Assembly (NCBI GenBank): GCA_963662665.2
Contig: CAXXJS010000021.1
Coordinates: forward strand, 32,001 to 96,000
DNA length: 64,000 nt
Direction: 5' to 3'
Source of the DNA: Candidatus Latescibacterota bacterium
GTDB taxonomy: Bacteria > Latescibacterota > UBA2968 > GCA-2709665
The notes below the pieces were generated by a model that saw nothing but the letters and a program-made list of their open reading frames with translations, was not told where the DNA came from and ran no database searches. Both the position numbers and the translations under genes were made by a program. Shown here one piece after another: positions 11,301 through 21,088 of the stretch (its first letter is position 1; every line of letters begins with the position of its first letter).

Positions 11301-12912
11301 GGTGTTAATGCGCTACGCCAATTCTTATGAACGAACCGGATGCGGATACAAAGAAAATGGGCGATCCCGTTTTGCGCTGCTGTCCGCGATCCCATCGGAG
11401 TTGCGCAGTCCTCGGGCAGATTTGCATTTCGATGAACTGAAGCGGAAGTTCGGTGAACCGGAAGGCAAGCCGCGCAAAATCACGGGAGGCTTTGTCTCGT
11501 CACCGATTGAAAGCGCCGCTACGAAAAAAATGACAGATGACCAGTGGCTTCGCGCGATTGCGAAATACAGCACGAATCGAACTGACTACTCGGGCGACCG
11601 AATAAAGGGCGGTGCGCCAGAGTTGGCGCGAATTCTGGAAGAGCGGGTCAAAGAGGAGCCGATTCGATTCGCGCGCCTTAGCCTCAGGTTCCATGCCGAT
11701 GCCAATCCGGTGTATCTTGATCGGATATTGGCCGCGTTGAGGGAATCCACTGTAGACAGCGCACTCATTCTTCAGGTCTGTTACAAGGCCTTCCAGGAAT
11801 CACCTGGGCACTGCGGCAAGTCGATCGCGGACGTCCTCGGAAGCTTAGAGGAGGCACCCCCGGACCGAGCCGTTCAAATGCTGCACGACCTGGCAACGGA
11901 ACACGACGATCCCGCAAGAGAATTGTGGCGTAGGGAAGTCGGCAATAGCGAACCCTTTTACGGTGGTGATATCTATATGAACGGAATAAACACCACGCGG
12001 GGGCGAGCGGCCAATGCCATTCGTGACCTCATTCTCGAAGACGCGGCGTACGTCGACCGTTTTCAGCACACTTTGGCAACGATGATTCGGGACCCTAGCC
12101 CAGCGGTGCTGTCATGTGTAGGCGCCGCGGTCGAAACCGTCGCATTTGTTGACATATCGCTCGGAGTGTCGCTTTTCCGGCGCATGAATCTCTCCGAAGA
12201 CCGGCTGCTTGCAACAAGATTTGTCTACCGCTTAATTCACCGTGGATTGCGCGCCTACCTATCCGAAATGCTGCCAATCATTAGTCGCATGCTCCGGTCA
12301 TCCGAACCCGATGTACTGGAGTCTGGCGCACGACTCGCAAGCATCGCCGCCCTGATACACGAGAATTCCAAGGATGTTGCGGACCTTGCAAATGAAGCCT
12401 TTCGCGGACCCGCCAAGTGTCGTCTCGGTGTGGCGCAGGTCGCGTACGCAAATATCGCTGTACCTGAGTACCGAACCTGGGCCGAAGAACGGCTATGTTT
12501 ATTGTTCAATGACGACGATATTGAAGTACGGCGTATCGCTGCGTCATGCTTCGACAAACTGCGCAATGAGTCCCTCCAATCATACGAAGGATTAATCACG
12601 TCATTCTGCGACAGCAAGGCATTTCACGACGAGTCGACTTACCTGGTCGAAACGATGGAGGAATCAACTGGGCGCCTTCCGGGAATCACTTGTGTGGTTT
12701 GTGAGCGATTCCTGGACCGCTTCGCAGACGAAGCACGAGACATCAGGACCAGTCGTTCAGCCGACGCACATGGTATCGGGAAGCTCATCTTCCGTACGTA
12801 CCAGCAACACCAGCAGGGCGAATGGGCGTCGCGTGCATTGGACTTGATCGACCGGCTCTGTCTGGAAGGGGTGGGCGACATTGGAAGTAAGTTTGAGGAG
12901 TTTGAGCGGTAG
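8395..12912 (+). CDS. Nuclease-STAND NTPase, Avs (AVAST)-like anti-phage protein, 1505 aa
   Basis: N-terminal Cap4/Mrr-like region (GNRYE...D/E...HQVK); Walker A GRAGTGKT; Walker B LIVDQLD; FGHESFFDY; long helical C-terminal region. Confidence 0.7.
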   Translation: MPIKGGPANKLGNRYETWWTVSQLVRMLRGDTDEIRIEDPRIDKAEFVVKAGSYREFHQVKRTHPSGKWSLAALCNDGLLQAIGEQLAGNDDRFVFASGSDARELSELCEAASSAESVEEFTRSFLVAKKRKKRFERLLGCWKSDVPAAVDQLRRIDVHTIDERELVEKVQCGVQALFLANPNRVVEKLRGIAEDSVHRTLRRRPLVDELAQHGYQLRRLRSPEHAGDAVEAATNRYVDGARSRLIQKKLVPRTAAETLLSRLEGKATDCVMTGRAGTGKTSCVVQITECLHERGIPVLAFRLDRVPSASTTTELGSFLDLEESPVFVLAAAAEAAGRPGVLIVDQLDAVSTLSGRKSEAFGLVERLLREARGTRQRANVHTVVVCRAFDWKNDSRLRKLMPDSHAQVDVIEFMVEEVKTILGDAGFDSELFQKRQLELLRLPQNLSLFLDADIDASQAPTFGTATKLFDLYWDTKRQVVVEQVERDLWMKVMKTLCNEMTVTQQLAVAREKLDEIQPDYLRCLASEGVLSFDGRRYGFGHESFFDYCFARLFFSRSESMVSFLKGSEQHLFRRAQVRQALAYLRDADFPRYIQEVNCLLSDEGIRPHIKDLTFALLAEVADPTEEEWAIWKRWRAPALKAIEQGTPNTDKLSEIAWRRFNGSSSWFGFAGTQELIKQWLASGNDRIVNEAVGYLRINQRQSPDIVMALLEPYADRGDDWPRRLCHIMNFADFGVSRRFFDFCLLLVENGVLHDPHKPDALEGTFRRMLYTLAESRPQWVPEFLAKRLQRRFSVIMETGEDLRQAKLLGYSNSIAEIFDKAASRAPAEYVQHLLPVILQISDSALIGDRSPRPDAVWPILTRSERPDGEEACLAALVKALAALAREGNTDLSNVVADLRRRDTHIANHLLLALYRGGADRCADEAVALLCEEPWRFECGFYDNPNWCAMEAIRAVVSHCSPEICNRLETVLMRYANSYERTGCGYKENGRSRFALLSAIPSELRSPRADLHFDELKRKFGEPEGKPRKITGGFVSSPIESAATKKMTDDQWLRAIAKYSTNRTDYSGDRIKGGAPELARILEERVKEEPIRFARLSLRFHADANPVYLDRILAALRESTVDSALILQVCYKAFQESPGHCGKSIADVLGSLEEAPPDRAVQMLHDLATEHDDPARELWRREVGNSEPFYGGDIYMNGINTTRGRAANAIRDLILEDAAYVDRFQHTLATMIRDPSPAVLSCVGAAVETVAFVDISLGVSLFRRMNLSEDRLLATRFVYRLIHRGLRAYLSEMLPIISRMLRSSEPDVLESGARLASIAALIHENSKDVADLANEAFRGPAKCRLGVAQVAYANIAVPEYRTWAEERLCLLFNDDDIEVRRIAASCFDKLRNESLQSYEGLITSFCDSKAFHDESTYLVETMEESTGRLPGITCVVCERFLDRFADEARDIRTSRSADAHGIGKLIFRTYQQHQQGEWASRALDLIDRLCLEGVGDIGSKFEEFER

Positions 12913-12965
12913 CCGTTTCATAGACCGGCGTCTGCCAAAACCTTAGAGACACAAATGGTGACACG

Positions 12966-14708
12966 ATGCTGACCAAACTAACCATCCGCAACTTTAAGCG
13001 CTTCGGTGAAGTGGAGATCGAATTGGGGAGCCCGGTGGTCTTCATCGGACCCAACAACTCGGGCAAAACCTCGGCGATGCAGGCGCTGGCGCTCTGGGAC
13101 ATCGGTCTCAATCGCTGGAACGAAAAACGGTCGGGAAAGACCGCACCCGAAAAACGACCTGGTGTGACGATCAACCGGCGCGACCTTGTTGCCATCCCGA
13201 TTCCGGAGGCAAACCTTCTCTGGCGCGATCTCCACGTGCGTGACGTTCGGTCAGTCGATGGAAAGCAACGTACCAGCAATATTCGTATTGACATCACAGT
13301 GGAGGGAGTTACGGAGGACCGGCACTGGAAATGCGGACTCGAGTACGACTACGCAAACGACGAGTCATTCTACTGCCGACCGCTTCGCCTGTCGGAAAGC
13401 AAGACTCCGGACCACATGCCCCTTCCGCTCGAAGCTGGAAGCACACGAATCGCATTCCTGTCGCCAATGTCGGGCATGGACGCGACAGAGACACGTCTCG
13501 ACGAAGGGGCCGTAAATGTACGGATTGGCGAGGGGCGTACAGCTGACGTCCTGCGCAACCTGTGCTTCCGGGTTTATCAGGATAAGCCGTCACAGTGGGA
13601 TGATCTTGTCAGTCAGATCCAGATGCTGTTTGGATCCCGGCTCGATCCTCCGCGTTACATCACCAAGCGCGGTGAGATCGCGATGACCTACACCGAAGAG
13701 AGTGTCCGTCTTGACCTGTCGTCATCCGGACAAGGTCTGCAACAGACACTGCTCCTTTTGGCGTATATGTACGCGAATCCCGGTTCGGTTGTGCTCCTGG
13801 AGGAGCCGGACGCGCATTTAGAGATTCTCCGCCAACGCCAGATCTGCGGGCTGCTCACCGCCGTCGCGAGAGAAAGTGGCAGTCAGGTCATTGCCGCCAG
13901 CCACTCCGAAGTGCTGCTCAATGAGGTCGCGGGTCGGGAAGTGGTCATCTCGTTCGATGAAGGGCCGCATCCGATTGACGACAACGGAAGCCAGGTTCAG
14001 AAGGCGCTCAATGGAATCAGTTTCGACCAGTACTATCTGGCCCAACAAACCGGCTGGGTACTCTACCTGAAGAGCTCGACGGACCTGGCGATACTGCAGG
14101 CATTCGCAAAGCGACTTAATCATGAACGCGCGATAAAGACGCTTGAACGGCCCTTTGTGCATTACGTAGGAAACCGTCCGCCCGCGGTTCGTCGCCACTT
14201 CGATGGATTGAGGGAGGCCTACCCAGCTATTTGCGGCATTGCGTTATTTGACCGATTGGATTCAGGAATTGGTGACATCTCCCCGGTCGTATGCCTGAGT
14301 TGGGAACGTCACGAGATTGAGAACTATCTATCTTCGCGGTCGACACTCTTGGCGTTCGCCGAAGCGTCGAGCATGGACGACGTGCCTGCACCCCTGTTTG
14401 CGGCGGCTGAAAGACAGAGGCGTGTTAACGCGATGGACGCGGCAATTGACGAAATCGAGTCGGCACTCAAGGCGCTGGGCAAGCCCTCGCCGTGGAGCCC
14501 GGACATTAAGGCGAGCGATGAATTCCTGGATCCGTTATTCGCTTCCTATTTCAAACGACTTGATCTGCCGAATCTGATGGCAAAGAAGAACTTCCATGAA
14601 CTCGTTGACTGCGTCCCCGATAGCGAAATTGATCCCGAAATCCGGATCAAACTCGACGCAATTGCGGATGTCGCGGACAGTGCGGTTCCTGCAGGAGATG
14701 GAACGTGA
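12966..14708 (+). CDS. OLD-like ABC ATPase with degenerate C-terminal TOPRIM-like domain
   Basis: IRNFKRF, GPNNSGKT, SSSGQGLQQ, LLEEPDAHL, ASHS; C-terminal YLKSSTD/FDRLD/EIENY. Confidence 0.75.
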   Translation: MLTKLTIRNFKRFGEVEIELGSPVVFIGPNNSGKTSAMQALALWDIGLNRWNEKRSGKTAPEKRPGVTINRRDLVAIPIPEANLLWRDLHVRDVRSVDGKQRTSNIRIDITVEGVTEDRHWKCGLEYDYANDESFYCRPLRLSESKTPDHMPLPLEAGSTRIAFLSPMSGMDATETRLDEGAVNVRIGEGRTADVLRNLCFRVYQDKPSQWDDLVSQIQMLFGSRLDPPRYITKRGEIAMTYTEESVRLDLSSSGQGLQQTLLLLAYMYANPGSVVLLEEPDAHLEILRQRQICGLLTAVARESGSQVIAASHSEVLLNEVAGREVVISFDEGPHPIDDNGSQVQKALNGISFDQYYLAQQTGWVLYLKSSTDLAILQAFAKRLNHERAIKTLERPFVHYVGNRPPAVRRHFDGLREAYPAICGIALFDRLDSGIGDISPVVCLSWERHEIENYLSSRSTLLAFAEASSMDDVPAPLFAAAERQRRVNAMDAAIDEIESALKALGKPSPWSPDIKASDEFLDPLFASYFKRLDLPNLMAKKNFHELVDCVPDSEIDPEIRIKLDAIADVADSAVPAGDGT

Positions 14709-14960
14709 ATTGAAGGCTCACAATATTGCCGCTGTTGTCTACGCTCCATCCGCTTGTTGTCAGAGAGTTAAAATGACTACATGGAATACATAGGTTCGAG
14801 GAATCGAATTGTCTTTCTGCAGCAACATTTCCACTCTTGCAATTGCTCCACTTGCGAACATTGGGAGAGCCAAGCGCGGCGTCTAGGAGACTTCGATTGG
14901 AGAGTACGCCGTTGATACGGACCCAAGTCGCTTTACCGCTGTTACCTGTGGTTTAGCAAA

Positions 14961-17900
14961 ATGTCGGATTCAAAACTTCCGTCGATTTGTGAGAATCTTG
15001 ATTACTCCAGGCAGAGTTATTCTGTGGCTGTTCTCCTCGCTACGTCCCATCGGACATATCTGCTGAAGAGCCGAGCTCTTCCATCGATCCAGCACCAGTC
15101 CCTTCCCCCAGAGCGGGTGATCATCGTCGATGACTCGGGCGATGAGGCCGCCGCCGAACGAACCGAACTGCTAGTCCGGCAATGGCAACCTGCCGGAGTG
15201 GATGTCAACTTTCTACGCAATCGGCGTACGAATGGGGCCGCAGGGGCGTGGAACTCAGGTTTAGATCACCTGCTGCGGACATGCGGTGACCCAGAACAAC
15301 AGTACGTCGCAATCTTGGACGACGATGATCAGTGGAATCCCCACCATTTACGCACATGTCTGGCAGCCGCCGAGGCACGAAGCCTTGACATGGTCGCGGC
15401 TCCGTTTCTTCGGGTGGAAGAGCAAGCCAAGGCCCTTTTGACGTCTCCGCCGAAATCACTTGATGTGTCTGACTTCCTGGTCGGTAATCCCGGTATCCAA
15501 GGCAGCAATCTCGTTTGTCGGTTGAGTGTGCTGCTTGAAGCAGGTCTGTTCGACGAATCGCTGCCGAGTTGTACGGACCGCGACCTGTGCATCAGAATCG
15601 CGGAGTTGCCCGGCGTTCGGTACGGTACCACTAGTGAACCGACTGTTCATCACTTTGCGTGCGAGTCGAGGCCGCGATTATCAACACGAGGGTCGCAGAA
15701 TAAAGTCAAGGGGCTGGATCGATTCTTCCGCAAGTACAAGGGGCGTATGTCTAACGCCGAGAGATTAGGGTTTTGCGGCCGCGCAGAACATCTGTTCGGA
15801 TGGAAGGAATCGCCGCCAGCACCCACAGCTGAAGATTGTTTCCACGGCGGCCAACTGTCATCAATTTCTCGAACACTGGCACCGCGTCAGGCGCCGCCCC
15901 ACTTGATCGTGGGGCTGATCGCCGACATTGCGAGGCTCAAAGAGTTAGGCAATCTGCTCGCCGATCTTCGCGGGTTGGCAGACGCACCTGACTTGTCGGG
16001 CTACGACGTCCTAATCTTGGAGAACGGTGACGATAGCACGCCCAGCGGTGAACTGCGAACACTCATCGAGCACGAGCGCCGCGGCGGTCTGCGTATCCAT
16101 CTTGTTGACCGTTCGCGGCATTTGCAAGATGCGACGAGCGGACTGGTTCTGGACGGCGGCGTGAGTAAGGAGTCTAGGTTGTCAATTGCCCATGCGCGGA
16201 CGGTATTACAGACGTACCTGTACGCCTTCTCCAAGAGACGGCCAGGTGCCGTGGTATGGATCGTCGATGACGATATGCGGCTCGACCCGCTGGTTGTTGA
16301 AAAAAATGGAAGCCTACAGCGGCGAGTCAATAAGATCGCTCCGATGCTCCAAGAGCTTCGCCGACTCCGTGCCGGTGGGATCGTCGATATTGCCATCGGG
16401 GCGTACACTGGAGCTGCGCCGTTGCCGTCTTTCGCAACTGTACGTGTCCAGCTCGTCGATTTGATCGCGTCGCTGTGGTGGCTGGCGTCCCAGAAACCTA
16501 CGGACTCCCTTCCAGACCGCGGGATAGAGAACGCCAAGTGGCGGTCCGGCCGACGCGACTACTATTACGATCTGTCGCGTAATGAGACCGATCGATTGGA
16601 AGCCCCGTTCTGGATCACGCCCGCGTTTCTTGGTGAGGATGTTGGTTCGGCGTTCGTCCGCGTAGCTGGCATTGCGGAGCGGATCCTTGCCGGCGAGCAG
16701 ATCTTCCGTCCACTCGCATTGGAGGCCAGTCTCAACCCTCTCAATTCGATCGGTGATGGGCTACAGCGCGGCGGCAATACTTTGGTGTTCGATGTCGAAT
16801 CTCTGAAACTGGCCCCCAATCCATCACCGATAATCGACGGGCGGTCGAGCCGCCGTGCTGACATGATTTGGACGTTGCTGCAGAAACGCTACTTCAGCCG
16901 TCAGGTCGTCACCTTGCCGCTCGGCCTATTTCACGACAGATCACATGTCGTCGCCGAATTGGATGTCGACGACATCGTCGACGACATACGTGGCTATGCG
17001 TTGTTCTCAGCGCTTGAGGACATTCCTGGGGTATTCAAGATCACCACGGATGACCGGGGCATTCGTTTGTCCGAGGAAATGGTTGAGTGTTTCGCTCAGC
17101 GCGTCCACAAATACTTAGAAGAGCGGCTGGCCGCAATTCGCCTTTCTTTCTACCGGATCCGCGGTTTGACCCGCGTCTTAAGGCGGCAAATGTACGACCC
17201 AGAAAAATGGTGGCAGGGAGATGAATATCGAGTTGCCGCAAAACTGCTTCGGACGTTTTCCGAACGCTTGGCCGATTTCTACAAAATGGAGACTCTGAAT
17301 CGCATTAGACGCGAAGCCGAGGAACTGGATGCCCCCCGTATCGGCAAGTTTCTTGATCATCTGCCGATCGAAATTGAGAGCCATAGAAGGCGGCTTTCGG
17401 ACTTCTCGGCTCTGATAAACAGTCTTGAGGGCGAAAGGATCGCCAACGCCAAGACCATTGCCATGCGACTGGCTGTTCCCACCCGTGCGCTTAAGGTATT
17501 AGGATGCGGCATTGAGGGAGTAGCTCTCACCGACGGCACAAGGGTATTCAAAGTCTTCGATTACTGGTGGAAGCGTTCTCACAACCTCTCAGCCCCTGCG
17601 TTCCTGCGCTCGCTTGTCGGTGCTTGGAAGGACGCGAGCTGTCTCTATCCGCTTCTTGATTTCCTCGAGTCGGGACATCAGAAGGTGCTGACGTATACTT
17701 ATGAAGTCAGCGAACCGTACAAGGGCGGTCACGGGCCCGCCATGGTCAATCTGGTCGCCGAATGTCGCCAGCATGGTATCGTCTGTCGAAACATCGATCC
17801 AGATAACTTGCGTTTAGCCAATGGACGGATTCGGCTGATCGACTACGGTTCGGACATCCACCCTTTCGATGAAGATGAGTTCCATACGATGTGCCAACGC

Positions 17901-20258
17901 GCCTGGCTATCATATCGCTGGGCTAACCGTTCGAACTTAAAAAACATCATGCGCGAGGCGCTGACGGACGAGCGAATACCTGAACTCGATGGTTTTGATC
18001 GGTTCTACGAGGCAATTCGAATGGTTACAGGTCAGCATGAAACGCGGAAGGATGTTGTGCTGAACTTTGTTGGGAAGGCCGAGCGCGTTCTCGACTACGG
18101 TTGTGGCAAGGGACGGCTTGCCCGAGAAATTTCGGACCGGGGAGTGGATGTATTTGCCTACGATCCTGAAGTAACATACAGGTCGCGCTGGGAGTCACTC
18201 AGTCGGGAAAGCGAAAGCTTACGATTTACGGACGATCTAAATGACGCGTTGGCGGCGGGGCCATTTGATCTTGTTGTTTGCCGTCGTGTGCTATGCACCA
18301 TTGAAGACAACAGTGAATTTAGAACGATTCTCAGCGATCTGCGAAATCTAGTCAGCGAGAGCGGTCGGGTATTGGTGACTGTTTGTGACCCGAATTTTAC
18401 GTTCGGTGCTTCGACACCTGAGGCTGAGCGCGAACTACCGCCTGATGCCAGTTACGAAAGCGTCTTCACGTGGCTCAAGAGGGTGCGCGAAACGGGCCGG
18501 ATGCGCGTAGAGGTGCATCGACCCGAACGGATACTGCGACGCGAATTTGCTCTGGCAGGTCTGGCGGTGTGTAGCCGTGTGGAGGTGCCTACGGTCGATC
18601 TGGAGCGATTCGAACCAGCGTCGGACCGGTTAGTGTTTGAACTCAGCCCGATGGAGCCACTGCCAGCCGAGGTCACTCTAATAATCAAGGCATGTGCCAT
18701 GGAAGCTGCTACTTTGGATGTTCAGGTTCGCCACCTTGTTTCACAACTGGAGACCTCTAGGGCTTTTGCAGACCGAATTCTGGTAATCGATTCCCGAGAA
18801 GATGAATTCCTTAGGCAACACACGTTTGGGAACTTGGGCGACTTGTACAATGCGGCGCGTCGTTTAGAGGAAGCAGGATGGATCGACCGGATCGTTGACG
18901 GACCGAATGACGGCGATGACACGGCATTGCTACACAAGCGGTGGTTCGGAATTCCCTGTCGTACGGCTCATTCCTGCAGCGGCGCTCAGATCGCCTCGAC
19001 GCTTAACGGGTTCGATGCTTGTGCCACACGGTACGTCCTCCAACTGGATGCCGACGTCATGATCGGCCGGCTGGATCGTAGTCACGATTATCTCGCCGAA
19101 ATGCTTGCAGTCTTGCAGCGCGATCCTGAAGCGGTCACGGCATCTTTCAACATAGCGATGGATCATGATCGGCCCTATACCGAAGCGGGAGACAGAGGGC
19201 CGTGGCGTGTGGAGGTGCGTGCAGGAATGATTGATCTCAAACGTCTTTTCGAAGCGCGGCCACTACCGAACCGGCTCATTGGAGAACGTCTGAAATTTCA
19301 CTGGTACCGGGCCCTTGATCGGCAGATCGCGCAGGGTAGAGGTCGTTCATATCGCGGCGGCGATCGCCGGACCTTCTTCGTGCACCCCCCCAATGTTCGC
19401 AAGCGCAAAATTACGGAGTGGTTCGCAATACTCGACCGCATCGAACATGGTGTGGTCCCGTGCGTTCAATATGGAAAGGTGGATTGGGTCGGCGACAAGG
19501 CAAGCTGGATGGGACCGCCTCGGTTAGAACCGTTCGTTTTTGTGGTATCGGGTCGCAACGTGCAGTCGGGGCGGTTTCGTCGTTGCATCGAGTCAATGGC
19601 TCGGCAGAAAGGAGCACAATGGGGCGCCGTCGTTTTTGACGACGCATCCGACCCGATGTTCTCCGAACACTTTGAGATCGCTTGCAGGCCGCTCGTAGAG
19701 CGTTGCACGGTCATTCGTAACCGCCGTCGCTGTGGATTGCTCCTCAACATGGTGACTGCAATTCGGGAGGTATGTGCCGATCCCGAATCGGTCATCATTA
19801 CGCTGGATTCTGACGATGCCCTGATAGGTGATCGCGTTCTGGAACGACTTGCAGCAGAGTACGATCGGGGAGCCGACGTGACAGTTGGCACAATGCTGCG
19901 GACCGACAAGGACGCCAATTATCCTGTATGTTTCGATCAGCCGCGGCGACACCGCGGAGGAAACGTCTGGCAGCACCTTCGGTCGTTCAAGAAACGGCTT
20001 TTCGATGCGATTCCTGACGATGCACTTCGACTTGATGGAGACTATATCGATCTCGCCAACGACTGGGCGTACATGCTACCGATTGTGGAGATAGCAGACC
20101 TGCCAGTACATATCGCTGAACCACTTTATCTTTACGAACCTTCGGGGATTTGGAAAGGGGCAGATCGAACACTTCGCGAGGAAGTTATCGCACGCATCGT
20201 CGCGAAAGACACGCTGTACCAAGACGAGACGTGCGATACGTACAGCGAAAAAATCTAA
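14961..20258 (+). CDS. Giant multidomain glycosyltransferase (four GT-A-like domains) + kinase-like + SAM methyltransferase, 1765 aa
   Basis: DxD motifs ILDDDD, IVDDDM, QLDADV, TLDSDD; kinase motifs LGCGIEG/FKVF/RNIDPDN/IDYG; MTase motif VLDYGCGKG. Confidence 0.78.
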   Translation: MSDSKLPSICENLDYSRQSYSVAVLLATSHRTYLLKSRALPSIQHQSLPPERVIIVDDSGDEAAAERTELLVRQWQPAGVDVNFLRNRRTNGAAGAWNSGLDHLLRTCGDPEQQYVAILDDDDQWNPHHLRTCLAAAEARSLDMVAAPFLRVEEQAKALLTSPPKSLDVSDFLVGNPGIQGSNLVCRLSVLLEAGLFDESLPSCTDRDLCIRIAELPGVRYGTTSEPTVHHFACESRPRLSTRGSQNKVKGLDRFFRKYKGRMSNAERLGFCGRAEHLFGWKESPPAPTAEDCFHGGQLSSISRTLAPRQAPPHLIVGLIADIARLKELGNLLADLRGLADAPDLSGYDVLILENGDDSTPSGELRTLIEHERRGGLRIHLVDRSRHLQDATSGLVLDGGVSKESRLSIAHARTVLQTYLYAFSKRRPGAVVWIVDDDMRLDPLVVEKNGSLQRRVNKIAPMLQELRRLRAGGIVDIAIGAYTGAAPLPSFATVRVQLVDLIASLWWLASQKPTDSLPDRGIENAKWRSGRRDYYYDLSRNETDRLEAPFWITPAFLGEDVGSAFVRVAGIAERILAGEQIFRPLALEASLNPLNSIGDGLQRGGNTLVFDVESLKLAPNPSPIIDGRSSRRADMIWTLLQKRYFSRQVVTLPLGLFHDRSHVVAELDVDDIVDDIRGYALFSALEDIPGVFKITTDDRGIRLSEEMVECFAQRVHKYLEERLAAIRLSFYRIRGLTRVLRRQMYDPEKWWQGDEYRVAAKLLRTFSERLADFYKMETLNRIRREAEELDAPRIGKFLDHLPIEIESHRRRLSDFSALINSLEGERIANAKTIAMRLAVPTRALKVLGCGIEGVALTDGTRVFKVFDYWWKRSHNLSAPAFLRSLVGAWKDASCLYPLLDFLESGHQKVLTYTYEVSEPYKGGHGPAMVNLVAECRQHGIVCRNIDPDNLRLANGRIRLIDYGSDIHPFDEDEFHTMCQRAWLSYRWANRSNLKNIMREALTDERIPELDGFDRFYEAIRMVTGQHETRKDVVLNFVGKAERVLDYGCGKGRLAREISDRGVDVFAYDPEVTYRSRWESLSRESESLRFTDDLNDALAAGPFDLVVCRRVLCTIEDNSEFRTILSDLRNLVSESGRVLVTVCDPNFTFGASTPEAERELPPDASYESVFTWLKRVRETGRMRVEVHRPERILRREFALAGLAVCSRVEVPTVDLERFEPASDRLVFELSPMEPLPAEVTLIIKACAMEAATLDVQVRHLVSQLETSRAFADRILVIDSREDEFLRQHTFGNLGDLYNAARRLEEAGWIDRIVDGPNDGDDTALLHKRWFGIPCRTAHSCSGAQIASTLNGFDACATRYVLQLDADVMIGRLDRSHDYLAEMLAVLQRDPEAVTASFNIAMDHDRPYTEAGDRGPWRVEVRAGMIDLKRLFEARPLPNRLIGERLKFHWYRALDRQIAQGRGRSYRGGDRRTFFVHPPNVRKRKITEWFAILDRIEHGVVPCVQYGKVDWVGDKASWMGPPRLEPFVFVVSGRNVQSGRFRRCIESMARQKGAQWGAVVFDDASDPMFSEHFEIACRPLVERCTVIRNRRRCGLLLNMVTAIREVCADPESVIITLDSDDALIGDRVLERLAAEYDRGADVTVGTMLRTDKDANYPVCFDQPRRHRGGNVWQHLRSFKKRLFDAIPDDALRLDGDYIDLANDWAYMLPIVEIADLPVHIAEPLYLYEPSGIWKGADRTLREEVIARIVAKDTLYQDETCDTYSEKI

Positions 20259-20989
20259 GCAAGAGTCAGGCGACAAGGGGAATTTTCGTTGTAGCGGTTA
20301 TTTTGGCCGGCGGCCATGCCACGAACCCTTCGCCTGCCATCGCTACTTGCCACACGTTGTTACGGGGAGCACTCTATTGTTGACATCGAAATCATCAGTT
20401 CAAGTAGCAAGAATTTTCCTCTTTTCAACGCAATCGCAAAAACCATAGGTCATATCACAAAGCTGAACTCACAACTCATTTCTGCGTCGTGTGGAATGCA
20501 ACTTTCCTGTGAGGCAGACGCACGAGATTTTTCTTGCTCAAGACGTAATCTCGTGCAAAAACCCCACTTAACGCGGACTCGGGGTCCACGGCCACGACAC
20601 ATGCAAACATTCAGCGATTTTCGGCAATACTAACACCACCACGATCATGGCCTAACAGTCGAAAGCCCTCTCGTCTAGCGATTCCAAGTGGTCGTCCTCG
20701 CACCTTGAGGGGAGACAGACCGGCGGGGAGTCGCTTTCTGACGGTAATGACGACCATCCTATGTCACCACAGTGCAATAGAATTCATAGAGAAGCTTGTT
20801 TGATCGTAAGGGTTCATGAGGAATTGCTGCGTTCACACGAACCTCGTGCACGCTGAAGTTCGCATATACTAGAACTCGGACGCCTAGCGGGAAACACAAT
20901 AGGGACTTGACGGCATACATGGGGCTTGTACGATGGGTTTAGACGTTGGCACGTGCATTGCGCGTGTTTTCGTCGACGGCGGATTAAAA

Positions 20990-21088
20990 TACCTCATGCG
21001 TGGTTGGGTCGTCTGTTGGACATACAGGAACGACTCTCAATCCATCGAGGTCTATTGCGCATGCAGTCGTGAAAACGCCCTGTATTGA
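20990..21088 (+). pseudogene. C-terminal remnant of a RelE/HigB-like toxin
   Basis: Hand translation YLMRGWVVCWTYRNDSQSIEVYCACSRENALY* resembles the recalled family motif WVACW...IEVYYAGSRENAPY; overlaps the antitoxin start. Confidence 0.6.

Noticed and set aside
13790-13820. Walker B 'LLEEP' in the OLD-like ATPase as a sign of inactivation
   Set aside because: EE Walker B motifs are normal in this ATPase group; the ATPase at 1-612 has one too.
20259-20990. 730-nt intergenic stretch with a 105-aa ORF
   Set aside because: No motif, RBS, repeat array or convincing RNA structure found.
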